Shown: in pieces, positions 30,063 to 39,435 of the stretch
Position numbering within the stretch: position 1 is the first letter of the stretch
Layout: the number at the start of each line of letters is the position of its first letter
NCBI GenBank assembly: GCA_963674785.1
Contig: OY771555.1
Span: 2,016,001 to 2,080,000, forward strand
Direction: 5' to 3'
Length of the DNA: 64,000 nt
Source of the DNA: Caldisericia bacterium
GTDB taxonomy: Bacteria > Caldisericota > Caldisericia > JAAYUI01
Translations under genes and position numbers: made by a program
The notes under the pieces: model-generated
The model's input: the letters and a program-made list of their open reading frames with translations, nothing else
Told to the model about the DNA's origin: nothing
The model's database searches: none

Positions 30063-31418
30063 TTAATCTCTTTTGGGTCTCCAGAAGAACCTTATCGGTG
30101 TTCCTGAAGCATCAAACTCATCCCTGAACGAATTTAATAAGTATCTTTCGTACGCTGGGTTCAAAGCTGACGTATCATTGATGAAAAAATCAAATCTGGG
30201 AGGTCTAATACCTGTTTGTGTAGCGTAATAAATCTTCAAAAGCCTACCCTTATGAGGGGTTGGAGATGTTTTTGAAACAGCATTAACAAGCCACTTGTTC
30301 AATCTGCCAGTTGTAATTCGAAGTTCAAATTTCTCAGCAACATCGACAACTTTTTCGAAAACTCCCTGAACTTTTTTTCCAGTTAAAGCAGAGGTTGTAA
30401 TTCTTGGAGCCCACGACATGAAGCGAAAATGATAATCGATGCTATCGTAAAGTTCAAGCTTATCCTCCACAAGATCAATCTTATTCACAACAACAAGGCA
30501 TGCTTTACCTTCATCATGAATGAATTTGGCGATCTGTTTGTCCGCAAAAACTATTCCTTCAGAGCCATCAACAACAAGAATTACGACATCACTTCTATGA
30601 ATAGCCTGCTGAGAACGTTTAAAAGTGACATGCTCAAGCTGGGTATCATACTTGTATTTCCTGATTATTCCCGCTGTATCAACGATCTTGTAGCGTTTTC
30701 CACTGTAAAAAATATCCGTGTCGACGGCATCTCTTGTCGTTCCAGCAACATTACTAACAGTCGCCCTGCTTTCACCGATTAATCTGTTTAACAGAGAGGA
30801 TTTACCAACATTTGGTCTTCCAGCAATTGTTACCCTGGGCACTCTCTCATCTGTGTCAGTATCTTGTGATTCTGGATGATCTCTCTTTATTCTTTCAGCG
30901 ATATCGTCAAGGAGGTCGGCAAGATTCCTCCCAGTTGTTGCTGAAACAAAGTAAGGTTCGCCAAAACCAAGCGTGTAAAAGTTGAATTCAGTATAATCGA
31001 CATTATCAGTCTTGTTACCAACAAGGATAACTTTGGATTTCTTTTTTCGAAGCAGTTTTGCAACATCAATGTCTTCCTGAGTTGGTCCAATCTTTGTGTC
31101 AACAACAAAGAGTATGATATCCGCCATACCCAGGGCAAGCTCAGACTGTATTGAAACCTGTTCTTGGATCGGCCCTTCTTCGGGCGCAATTCCACCCGTG
31201 TCCATCAATGTAAAAGTCACTTGATTCCAAGTAAAATCTTCAAGAATTCGGTCTCTAGTGACACCAAAACTCTTGTCGGTTATCACCATTGTTCGTCCAA
31301 GAATCCTGTTAAAAAGGGTTGATTTTCCAACAGATGGTCTTCCAATTAACGCAACAACTGGAAGGTGTCCACCTGAAACATTATCTGCAATTTCGATTTT
31401 TCCTGCATTTATGGTCAT
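30063..31418 (-). CDS. der: ribosome biogenesis GTPase Der
   Basis: Two GTPase domains (GRPSVGKS, GRPNVGKS) plus KH-like C-terminus. Confidence 0.95.
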   Translation of the reverse strand: MTINAGKIEIADNVSGGHLPVVALIGRPSVGKSTLFNRILGRTMVITDKSFGVTRDRILEDFTWNQVTFTLMDTGGIAPEEGPIQEQVSIQSELALGMADIILFVVDTKIGPTQEDIDVAKLLRKKKSKVILVGNKTDNVDYTEFNFYTLGFGEPYFVSATTGRNLADLLDDIAERIKRDHPESQDTDTDERVPRVTIAGRPNVGKSSLLNRLIGESRATVSNVAGTTRDAVDTDIFYSGKRYKIVDTAGIIRKYKYDTQLEHVTFKRSQQAIHRSDVVILVVDGSEGIVFADKQIAKFIHDEGKACLVVVNKIDLVEDKLELYDSIDYHFRFMSWAPRITTSALTGKKVQGVFEKVVDVAEKFELRITTGRLNKWLVNAVSKTSPTPHKGRLLKIYYATQTGIRPPRFDFFINDTSALNPAYERYLLNSFRDEFDASGTPIRFFWRPKRD

Positions 31419-31426
31419 TGAATGAA

Positions 31427-31455
31427 AAACTATCGGTTTGTTCGCATTTTGTCAA
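31427..31455 (-). promoter_or_regulatory. sigma70 promoter, leaderless
   Basis: TTGACA-N17-TAGTTT, 8 nt before ATG 31418, no SD. Confidence 0.65.
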
Positions 31456-31510
31456 GGACACCTAGAGTGGATAAAATATTTAAGTATAATGAATCTTGGT
31501 AGGTGGCTAT

Positions 31511-31801
31511 ATGAAAATTAAAGACGAAGACATCAAAAGAGTTTCAAAATTGGCAATGATTAGTTTTGATAGTGATGAGAAACTGTTACACGACATAAGC
31601 AATCTTCTTGAGAATTTCAGTCGTATCGGAAATATCGACCTCAGTGACGTTCTCCCAATGACTCATCCCACGCAATGTAAGCTTATCAAAAAAGAGGATG
31701 AACCAGGAAAAAACCTTGTTAGGGAAACATTTATAAACCAAGCCCCAAAATCAAAAGATGAATATATCTTGGTACCAAAAATTATTTCGGAGCACGAGTA
31801 A
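31511..31801 (+). CDS. gatC: Asp/Glu-tRNA amidotransferase subunit C
   Basis: VSKLAMI..V.PMTHP..APKSKDEYILVPKI; first gene of gatCAB. Confidence 0.88.
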   Translation: MKIKDEDIKRVSKLAMISFDSDEKLLHDISNLLENFSRIGNIDLSDVLPMTHPTQCKLIKKEDEPGKNLVRETFINQAPKSKDEYILVPKIISEHE

Positions 31802-31802
31802 C

Positions 31803-33155
31803 ATGGACTTTTCAGAAGCAAAAAAACTTTCAAAAAAAGAGGTTCTTGAATATTGCCAAACAAACTTCAAAAACAAGGAAGATGAGTTAAACGCCTTTAT
31901 AACAGCAACCTATAACAATATCGATCTTTCAGATTCAAAAGGTGGAATCCTTTCAGAAATTCCAATCGCAATCAAAGACAACATCGCAGTTGAGGGGATC
32001 CCTCTCACGTGTGCATCAAAAATCCTTGATAAATACAGAAGCCTTTTTTCTGCGACATCAGTAGAAAAACTGGAGGAATCAGGAGCAATAATCGTTGGTA
32101 AAACCAACATGGATGAGTTTGCAATGGGTTCATCAGGCGAATACTCAGCCTTTGGTGCAAGCAAAAATCCAATTGACGTAAGTCTCACACCAGGTGGCTC
32201 ATCATCGGGTTCGGCAGTTGCTGTTGCAAGTGGAATGGCACTTGGAGCTCTTGGTTCTGACACTGGTGGTTCCGTAAGACAACCGGCATCCTTCTGTGGA
32301 CTTGTTGGAATAAGACCTACATATGGAACTGTTTCAAGATATGGACTCGTTGCCTTTTCATCATCACTTGACCAGATTGGCACACTTGCAAACACAGTTG
32401 ATGACGCAATAACCCTTCTTAACGTGATTCAGGGATTTGATGAAAAGGATTCCACATCGGTTCATCAAAAAGAAGTGGAAAAAATTCCAATCGAAAAAAC
32501 AACATTTGGAATACCGAAGCAAATCGAAGAACTAAAGATTTCTCCTGAGATAGTCGAGAGAATGTTTGATTCAAAAAGGGTTCTTGAAAAAAGGGGCGCA
32601 AAATTCATTGAAATCGATCTTCCACATCTAAAATATTCCATACCGACATACCAACTTATAGCACCCTCAGAATGCTCAGCAAACCTTTCAAGATTTGATG
32701 GTATCAGATACGGTCTGCAGATAAGTGATGAGAATCTTAAAAACCAATATGAAAAAACAAGGGCTGAAGGATTTGGTGAAGAAGTAAAAAGGAGGATCCT
32801 TGTTGGAACATACGCTCTTTCTGAAGGTTTCTACGATGACTACTACATTCAAGCATGCAAGATGAGAGCAAAGATATCAGGGGATTTATTTAATGCACTT
32901 GATAGTTGCGACGCAATCCTCACACCAACTACACCAACAACAGCATTCCCTCTCGGTTCGGTACAAGACCCTCTCGATATGTACGCGTGTGATCTTCTAA
33001 CAATCATTCAAGCACTCGCCGGAGTCCCCGCAATATCGGTTCCCGCGGGAAAAGACAGAGACGGCAAACCAATAGGGATGCAGATAACTGGCCCCGCATT
33101 TTCAGAAACAAATATTGCTGAGTATGCAAAAATTATCGAATTGGAATTGAATTAA
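31803..33155 (+). CDS. gatA: Asp/Glu-tRNA amidotransferase subunit A
   Basis: IKDNI, GGSSSGS, GSDTGGSVRQPA, RFDGIRYG. Confidence 0.95.
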   Translation: MDFSEAKKLSKKEVLEYCQTNFKNKEDELNAFITATYNNIDLSDSKGGILSEIPIAIKDNIAVEGIPLTCASKILDKYRSLFSATSVEKLEESGAIIVGKTNMDEFAMGSSGEYSAFGASKNPIDVSLTPGGSSSGSAVAVASGMALGALGSDTGGSVRQPASFCGLVGIRPTYGTVSRYGLVAFSSSLDQIGTLANTVDDAITLLNVIQGFDEKDSTSVHQKEVEKIPIEKTTFGIPKQIEELKISPEIVERMFDSKRVLEKRGAKFIEIDLPHLKYSIPTYQLIAPSECSANLSRFDGIRYGLQISDENLKNQYEKTRAEGFGEEVKRRILVGTYALSEGFYDDYYIQACKMRAKISGDLFNALDSCDAILTPTTPTTAFPLGSVQDPLDMYACDLLTIIQALAGVPAISVPAGKDRDGKPIGMQITGPAFSETNIAEYAKIIELELN

Positions 33156-33157
33156 AA

Positions 33158-33601
33158 ATGAACGAAGAAGAGAAAAACGCAAGGGATTTTTCATACATCG
33201 TAAACGATCCAAACAAAAGCGATAAAGAGAAACTTGAGGAGATTGATAGACTGATTGATGATGAGATCGTTGGGGTATCTGATGTAAAAAAAATGAAACG
33301 TCCACGTTCTAAAAATATGCTTATCGCAACAATACTGATCGTTGTTGGTATGAGCATGATCTTCATGGATGTAACAAAGCTCTTCGATAATCAGATATGG
33401 TTTTCAATTCTGGGTTTTTTCCTTATTGTACCTGGAATTGGGTTTTCTATCGCCGGAATCGTTGATATTTTCCCAGATAAACTTGCAAAGATGGACTATA
33501 TGGATGAGGCAAAAGATAGATTAAAAATCCTTAGGAGAGAGAAGTATTTTTTGGAAAAGAAAATATCAAAAAGGGAGAAGGAGGGTGTTCTTGGGGAATA
33601 G
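33158..33601 (+). CDS. hypothetical 2-TM membrane protein (array member 1)
   Basis: Charged helix, two hydrophobic helices, charged helix. Confidence 0.7.
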   Translation: MNEEEKNARDFSYIVNDPNKSDKEKLEEIDRLIDDEIVGVSDVKKMKRPRSKNMLIATILIVVGMSMIFMDVTKLFDNQIWFSILGFFLIVPGIGFSIAGIVDIFPDKLAKMDYMDEAKDRLKILRREKYFLEKKISKREKEGVLGE

Positions 33602-34034
33602 AGCACAAACAAGAAAAATTTGTGAGCTAAAAGAAGAACTTGAGAAGATTGAGAAAAAGATTTCTGCAAACCGGAAAGAGTTACTCAAAAGACATTTAAA
33701 ATTTCCTGTTCTGAATCCAACGTTCTATGGTGCTGCAATTGGGCTAATTGGATACATGGGTTTCTCGCTTATTTTTGCTCAATACATAAAGAATTTTATA
33801 TATCAAGTTATCATCACAACACTTTTGCCGTTTATAATTGTACTTATTGCGGTCTTTTGGGGAGATATTCCAGAGGAGAATATTAACAACGGAAATCGAG
33901 TGATCGAGTTAAAACAGGAAACATACACACTGAAAAGACATAGGAGAATCTATAAACAAATCTTAAAAAAAGGGCAGCAAAAATGGAACAAAGATGATGA
34001 AATAAGGATTTCATTTGAATCTTTGGAGGCATAA
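33585..34034 (+). CDS. hypothetical 2-TM membrane protein (array member 2)
   Basis: SD AAGGAGG before GTG; clear paralog of member 3. Confidence 0.7.
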   Translation: MFLGNRAQTRKICELKEELEKIEKKISANRKELLKRHLKFPVLNPTFYGAAIGLIGYMGFSLIFAQYIKNFIYQVIITTLLPFIIVLIAVFWGDIPEENINNGNRVIELKQETYTLKRHRRIYKQILKKGQQKWNKDDEIRISFESLEA

Positions 34035-34048
34035 AAGGGGGCTATGGG

Positions 34049-34546
34049 ATGAGATGTAAAAAATGCGGATGGGTATCGAGATATCCTGTTTGTAAGGATT
34101 GTGCAACTGATGAGGAAAGGGAGTTGCAATTGTTGCTGGAAAAAACCAATAAAGAAATCAAAGAGAACAACCTCGGGATGCTAAAGAATCACCTAAAACT
34201 ACCAGTAGTATCCCCATTGATTTATATTTCTCTTTTAGTTTTTTTTATATATTCGGGTGTTGCACTCATTTATGCCGAAAGAATCAATAATATGTTGCTC
34301 AAAACCATAGTTTGTTTCATATTTCCAATTTTCTTTCCGATTTTTTTACTAATGATAATTCTCTTTACATGGGCAAATGTACCTGAAGAAAACGTCACAA
34401 ACGGTTTGAAAACAGTTGATCTAAAACATCGGAATCTAATTCTAAAGAGACGAAAGAAAAAGTACCTTAATCAGTTATCTGCACCATTCGATAACTGGTC
34501 AAAAGATGAAAGAATTGAAATAAAATTCGTTTCATATGAATCCTAG
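34049..34546 (+). CDS. hypothetical zinc-ribbon 2-TM protein (array member 3)
   Basis: MRCKKC..PVCKDC followed by two TM helices. Confidence 0.75.
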   Translation: MRCKKCGWVSRYPVCKDCATDEERELQLLLEKTNKEIKENNLGMLKNHLKLPVVSPLIYISLLVFFIYSGVALIYAERINNMLLKTIVCFIFPIFFPIFLLMIILFTWANVPEENVTNGLKTVDLKHRNLILKRRKKKYLNQLSAPFDNWSKDERIEIKFVSYES

Positions 34547-34559
34547 GGAGAGACAAAAG

Positions 34560-35032
34560 ATGAGATGTAGAAAATGCAAAAAACACTCAAGATTTCCGGT
34601 TTGTGCAGATTGTGCAGATGAAGAGGAACTTGAAGTGATAAAATCACTATATGCAATAGATGAAACAATTCAAATTGACAGGGACAGAAAAAAGGCTTTG
34701 TTTGTATACGTGATGCCACTTACCAGACCAATGATAGTTGCAATGCTTATTTTGCGCTTGGATGTACGCTATCAACAACAGCAACATACAGCGCAATATA
34801 CCTAAACATGATTGTCTTCAGTGCAATTCTTTTTATCTTTTCATGGATGATCCATCCACCTCTCAAAACTGAAGCAGTTGAAGACTACAGGGACATGACA
34901 AACAGAATCGTTTCACTTAAAGAACGAAAAGAAATAATGATTGAAATACTTGAAGAACCTTCATCTGCATGGACAGACGCAGAAAAAAGATACATGAAAC
35001 AGAATATCTTCACTGGAACAGGCGATAACTAA
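34560..35032 (+). pseudogene. frameshifted zinc-ribbon 2-TM protein (array member 4)
   Basis: MRCRKC..PVCADC; one extra T in the run at 34750-34753 joins the two ORF-track fragments into one 2-TM protein. Confidence 0.7.
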
Positions 35033-35047
35033 AAAACTGAGGTAACT

Positions 35048-36487
35048 ATGAGTGATTTAGGAATTACAATCGGGATTGAGGTACACATACAGCTTCTAAG
35101 CAAAACAAAGATGTTTTGCAGATGTAGAAATAGCTACGGAGATGAACCGAATACGAACATCTGCCCAACATGCATGGGGCTACCTGGAGCATTGCCAACA
35201 GTCAACGAAAGAGCCACGAGAATGGGTGTAATGCTTGCATCCGCACTGGAATGCAAAATTAATAAAAACGTCCCATATCATCGAAAGAATTACTTTTATC
35301 CCGATTTACCAAAAGGGTATCAGATAACTCAATTCTACACTCCACTCGGCAGTGATGGAAAACTTCGAGTCTATATTGATAAAAAACCGAAAGATATTCT
35401 CATTGAAAGGATTCATCTTGAAGAAGACTCTGGTAAGATGTTCCACGATGGCGACATAACAACATCGACAAGTTCACTTCTTGACTATAATAGATGTGGC
35501 GCCCCACTTGCGGAAATCGTCACAAAACCCTGTATGAAGAGTGCTGAGGAGGCATGGGGTTATCTAGTTGGTTTGCGAAATCTTGTCAGATTCCTTGAGG
35601 TATCAACTGGGAACATGGACGAGGGAGCACTTCGTTGCGATGTCAACGTTTCAATCGACAACCCTGATGGTTCTCTGGGGACAAAAACCGAGATAAAAAA
35701 TCTCAACTCATTTAGATCCGCCAGAAGAGCGATTGAATTTGAGGTTGAAAGACAAAAAAAGATAATCGATTCCGGGAACAAAGTGGTTACCCAAACTCTC
35801 CATTTTAATGAAAACACAGGAGAAACAAGCCCGATGCGTTCCAAGGAAGAGCTCAACGACTACAGATACTTCCCTGAACCCGATATTCCTCCACTCATCT
35901 TGACTGATACCGAGATTGATGAAATCAGATCTGAAACTCCTGAAACACCGAACACAATGCTCGAAAGATTTATGAATGATTACAAGCTTTCGCTCTACGA
36001 TTCACAGGTTTTGACAGCCGACAGAGACATTTCAAGCTTCTTTGAAGAATCATTGAAATTCTACAACAATCCAAAAAAAGTATGTAATTGGCTAACGATT
36101 GAGTCTTTTGGTAAGCTCGCAAAAGAAAATAAATCATTGGGTGACTCGAACCTCACACCTGAAAATCTTGCCAAACTGGTAAAAATGGTAACGGAAGGAA
36201 CAATAACCGGGAATGCAGGTAAGGAGATATTAGATGATGTCATTTCGGGTCATGACCCAGAGGTTATTGCCGAAAAAAAAGGTTTAAAGGCTGTTGTTGA
36301 TGAAGACATGATTTCGGATATCATCAGTAAAGTTCTTGCTGAAAATGATAAACAATTGACAGCTTACAAGAATGGAAAAACTCAGCTGTTTGGATTTTTT
36401 GTTGGTGCAGTAATGAAGGAAAGCAAAGGAAAAGCACCCGGAAATATCGTTCAAAAAATCCTTAAAAAAATGCTTACGGAGAGTTAG
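35048..36487 (+). CDS. gatB: Asp/Glu-tRNA amidotransferase subunit B
   Basis: IGIEVHIQL, RKNYFYPDLPKGYQI, HLEEDSGK, LRCDVNVS, YRYFPEPD. Confidence 0.97.
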   Translation: MSDLGITIGIEVHIQLLSKTKMFCRCRNSYGDEPNTNICPTCMGLPGALPTVNERATRMGVMLASALECKINKNVPYHRKNYFYPDLPKGYQITQFYTPLGSDGKLRVYIDKKPKDILIERIHLEEDSGKMFHDGDITTSTSSLLDYNRCGAPLAEIVTKPCMKSAEEAWGYLVGLRNLVRFLEVSTGNMDEGALRCDVNVSIDNPDGSLGTKTEIKNLNSFRSARRAIEFEVERQKKIIDSGNKVVTQTLHFNENTGETSPMRSKEELNDYRYFPEPDIPPLILTDTEIDEIRSETPETPNTMLERFMNDYKLSLYDSQVLTADRDISSFFEESLKFYNNPKKVCNWLTIESFGKLAKENKSLGDSNLTPENLAKLVKMVTEGTITGNAGKEILDDVISGHDPEVIAEKKGLKAVVDEDMISDIISKVLAENDKQLTAYKNGKTQLFGFFVGAVMKESKGKAPGNIVQKILKKMLTES

Positions 36488-36493
36488 AGAAAC

Positions 36494-37048
36494 TTGAGCG
36501 AGTTTGACGCTAAAGCAATTTTGCCAAAAATAGCCAAGGGTGATGAATTGGCTTTCAAATCCCTCTATGATCAATTTGGTGGATATGTTTTTAAGGTTGT
36601 AATTCTCTCCCTTAGAGACCATGCAAAAGCTGAGGAACTTGCTCAAACAATATGGCTCAAGATTTGGAGGTTTGCTGGAAAATACGATACAAGCAGACCA
36701 TTTAAACCATGGCTCTCCAGAATAATTTCAAATGAGATTGTCAGTTACTACAGGGTACAAAAACCAAAAAACTCCAGCCTTGAAGATTTGAAAGAGGTAG
36801 GTTTAGAACCTAGCGATGATGTCGACAAACTCAGAGAAAACGAGTTTGAAAGAGACTTATCTGATGAAATAAAAAAAGCATTAGATTTGCTAACTGACAA
36901 ACAACGGCAAGTGATCGTACTAAAATATTACCAGGGCTTCAAGATACGAGAAATCGCGAAAACCTTGAAAATAGGAGAATCAGCCGTTAAGGCCAGGCTG
37001 TACTCGGGTCTTGAAGTTTTGAGTAAAAGCCAAGAAGGCAGGAGATGA
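36494..37048 (+). CDS. ECF RNA polymerase sigma factor
   Basis: Regions 2 (AEELAQTIWLKIW..FKPWL) and 4 (KQRQVIVLKY..EIAKTL..VKARL). Confidence 0.92.
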   Translation: MSEFDAKAILPKIAKGDELAFKSLYDQFGGYVFKVVILSLRDHAKAEELAQTIWLKIWRFAGKYDTSRPFKPWLSRIISNEIVSYYRVQKPKNSSLEDLKEVGLEPSDDVDKLRENEFERDLSDEIKKALDLLTDKQRQVIVLKYYQGFKIREIAKTLKIGESAVKARLYSGLEVLSKSQEGRR

Positions 37049-39435
37049 AGAACTGTAAGAATATAAGACATTTATTACTCGATTACCTCGAGGGGTCTCT
37101 TTCTGCGGAAAGAGAAGAGATGGTAAGAAACCATCTGTATGATTGCGAAGGTTGCAGAAAATACTTTGAAACACTCTCAATCACTGCAAAAAATACAGAG
37201 GACATATTGGGTAATTATGCAAAAACAGTCGAACCTCCACCATATCTTTGGGGGAATATCCTCAAGGATGTCCAAAAATCAAAGAGAAAAGTTGCTGTTT
37301 CCTGGTGGAAGGTCGCTGTAGCAACATGCGCAGTTGTTGGAGTTTTGATGACCGGAACACTTGCGCCTGTTTTTGGATATGAAGGAAACCTTCTAAATGT
37401 TATTTCAGGGTCAATCATTGAAAATGCATCCGATGACCTAGGCGAGATAATAAGCGACGACCTTCTTGGCTCTCTTAGAAAAGAAGAGATTATCACTCAC
37501 ATTGTTGATAATTCCGACCTAACCGAAGACCTTGTTTGGGAACTTGAAGAAAAGGGATACACAGAAAAAGACATCGTTCAATGTGCTCAAATCGCAGACT
37601 CCGGCAGTTGGCCAATTGAAAAGGTCATCCAAAAGAGGGACCAGGGTTTTGGATTTGGAAGGATTGCAAACTGGGCTGGGGTTTCAGTTTTCTCTATTAA
37701 AAATAGAATCGCGGAGCCAATACACACTCTTAGAAATGATGTCGAAGGAAGAGATGAGTTTGAGGTAAGAACAACAATTGCAGGATTTAACGAAGACCAA
37801 AAACTAATCTCTCCTCATCTGCCAGAGCCAATTGGATTACCACCGGAAATTCTTGATGATAGTGGTGCCATGATCCATCAGGGAGACATCAAAGACTCAT
37901 TTGTTTCGGTTGTTTTCAGATTCGAAAATGGAAAACCTGTTGCAAAACAGATCATTAAACAAAAGGACAGACCAGCAAGACATTTCAATATCAGAGGAAA
38001 GATCGAATCCGTTGAAGACGGGACACTGACACTTTCATCGCCCAATGACGAATCAATTTCAATGTCACTTGTAAACGGAAAAAGCAACATCTTCGGTGAT
38101 ATTGATGTTGGATCAGAGATTGAGGTCTTTGGGTTTAGATCAATCGACGGAAGAATGTTTGTTGATTTTGTCAGACCGGTTCCTGAAAACATGGACTATC
38201 TTCCACCAAAAACTCCATACGAGAGACCACATCATGGGGCAAATCCCCCTCCACCACCTCCTTTCCCCGAGGATATCAACCCAGAATTCGTAAACCCAAC
38301 CCAGACAGAAGACTTAACTGCCCAAGACAAAGAAATATCAGAGAACACTGCGACCACAGAAGAAAAAATAGAAACTATTCCAAATGATAACAATCCACTT
38401 GAAGACGACAAATCAAGCGAAGTAAAGAATACTGATACACAACCCGAAACTACAAAATTCACAGGGGAGATTGTCACACTCTTCTCCGCAAATGCTAATA
38501 TCATAAACACAAGCTCTGGAACATTTGATATCTCGAACACCAAAGTTGGAATTGATTTTAAGGGCAAGGTTTATCCAATTGGCAAGGAAGTCTTAAGTTC
38601 AACCAGAACTATAAAAGAAATCACAATCAACGGTAAGGATGATAACATCGATACTATATTGATAGACGGTAAATACCTATCAAAAACTGAGTGTCTTGTT
38701 ATTGAAAGAAATCCTGAAAAAACAAGCTACAAACTATATTTTGGAGATGGTGAATCAAAGATTATCAAATCAAACTCATCAACCATCTTCCATCAGAACA
38801 CAAAGAAGATAATAAGAAGCCAGAAAATCAATCTCTATAGATTCGAAGATATCCCTGATCTTGCCATCGCCATCGAAGTTATACCAGACTCCCAAAGCAG
38901 AATTAGAATTGAGGGGCTTGTTGAAGGAATTGATGACCAAGGAATTATTGTAAAAAGCACCAAATATGAGATTAATCCTGAAACCACAGGGATATTTAGA
39001 CAAAATGAACCATCAAGGATTAATCCATATGAGATAAATCAAGGTTCAGAGGTTGAATTGGTTTACACAATCATAAACGACGAACCCGTTGCCATCAGAA
39101 TAAATCTCCTTAAAAAAGGTGAGGGTGACCACCAACCCAATCGAAAGTTCTTCAAGGTGATTAGTTTTGATTACAACAAGGAAAATGGCACAATCACTTT
39201 GTCTATATCAAAAGGTAATGGTGCTGGTGGCAATAGCGGTCAATCCTCAAAAAGAATCGTAGTCACAGGACAGACAGAAATACTGCTAAAGCGACCAAAT
39301 GAGCTATTAAGGAGCATCAGCCTCAAGCAGATGGCAGATTTGAAACTAAATGGAATGGATGTATCCTACGAAGAACAGAATGGAAGGATAATAAAAGTAA
39401 CGATTATGGATTATCCTCCGTTATCTCCATTTTGA
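37045..39435 (+). CDS. zinc-binding (zf-HC2) anti-sigma factor with large extracellular OB-fold-like (DUF5666-like) region
   Basis: HLYDCEGC motif, single TM, ATGA overlap with the sigma gene. Confidence 0.85.
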   Translation: MKNCKNIRHLLLDYLEGSLSAEREEMVRNHLYDCEGCRKYFETLSITAKNTEDILGNYAKTVEPPPYLWGNILKDVQKSKRKVAVSWWKVAVATCAVVGVLMTGTLAPVFGYEGNLLNVISGSIIENASDDLGEIISDDLLGSLRKEEIITHIVDNSDLTEDLVWELEEKGYTEKDIVQCAQIADSGSWPIEKVIQKRDQGFGFGRIANWAGVSVFSIKNRIAEPIHTLRNDVEGRDEFEVRTTIAGFNEDQKLISPHLPEPIGLPPEILDDSGAMIHQGDIKDSFVSVVFRFENGKPVAKQIIKQKDRPARHFNIRGKIESVEDGTLTLSSPNDESISMSLVNGKSNIFGDIDVGSEIEVFGFRSIDGRMFVDFVRPVPENMDYLPPKTPYERPHHGANPPPPPPFPEDINPEFVNPTQTEDLTAQDKEISENTATTEEKIETIPNDNNPLEDDKSSEVKNTDTQPETTKFTGEIVTLFSANANIINTSSGTFDISNTKVGIDFKGKVYPIGKEVLSSTRTIKEITINGKDDNIDTILIDGKYLSKTECLVIERNPEKTSYKLYFGDGESKIIKSNSSTIFHQNTKKIIRSQKINLYRFEDIPDLAIAIEVIPDSQSRIRIEGLVEGIDDQGIIVKSTKYEINPETTGIFRQNEPSRINPYEINQGSEVELVYTIINDEPVAIRINLLKKGEGDHQPNRKFFKVISFDYNKENGTITLSISKGNGAGGNSGQSSKRIVVTGQTEILLKRPNELLRSISLKQMADLKLNGMDVSYEEQNGRIIKVTIMDYPPLSPF

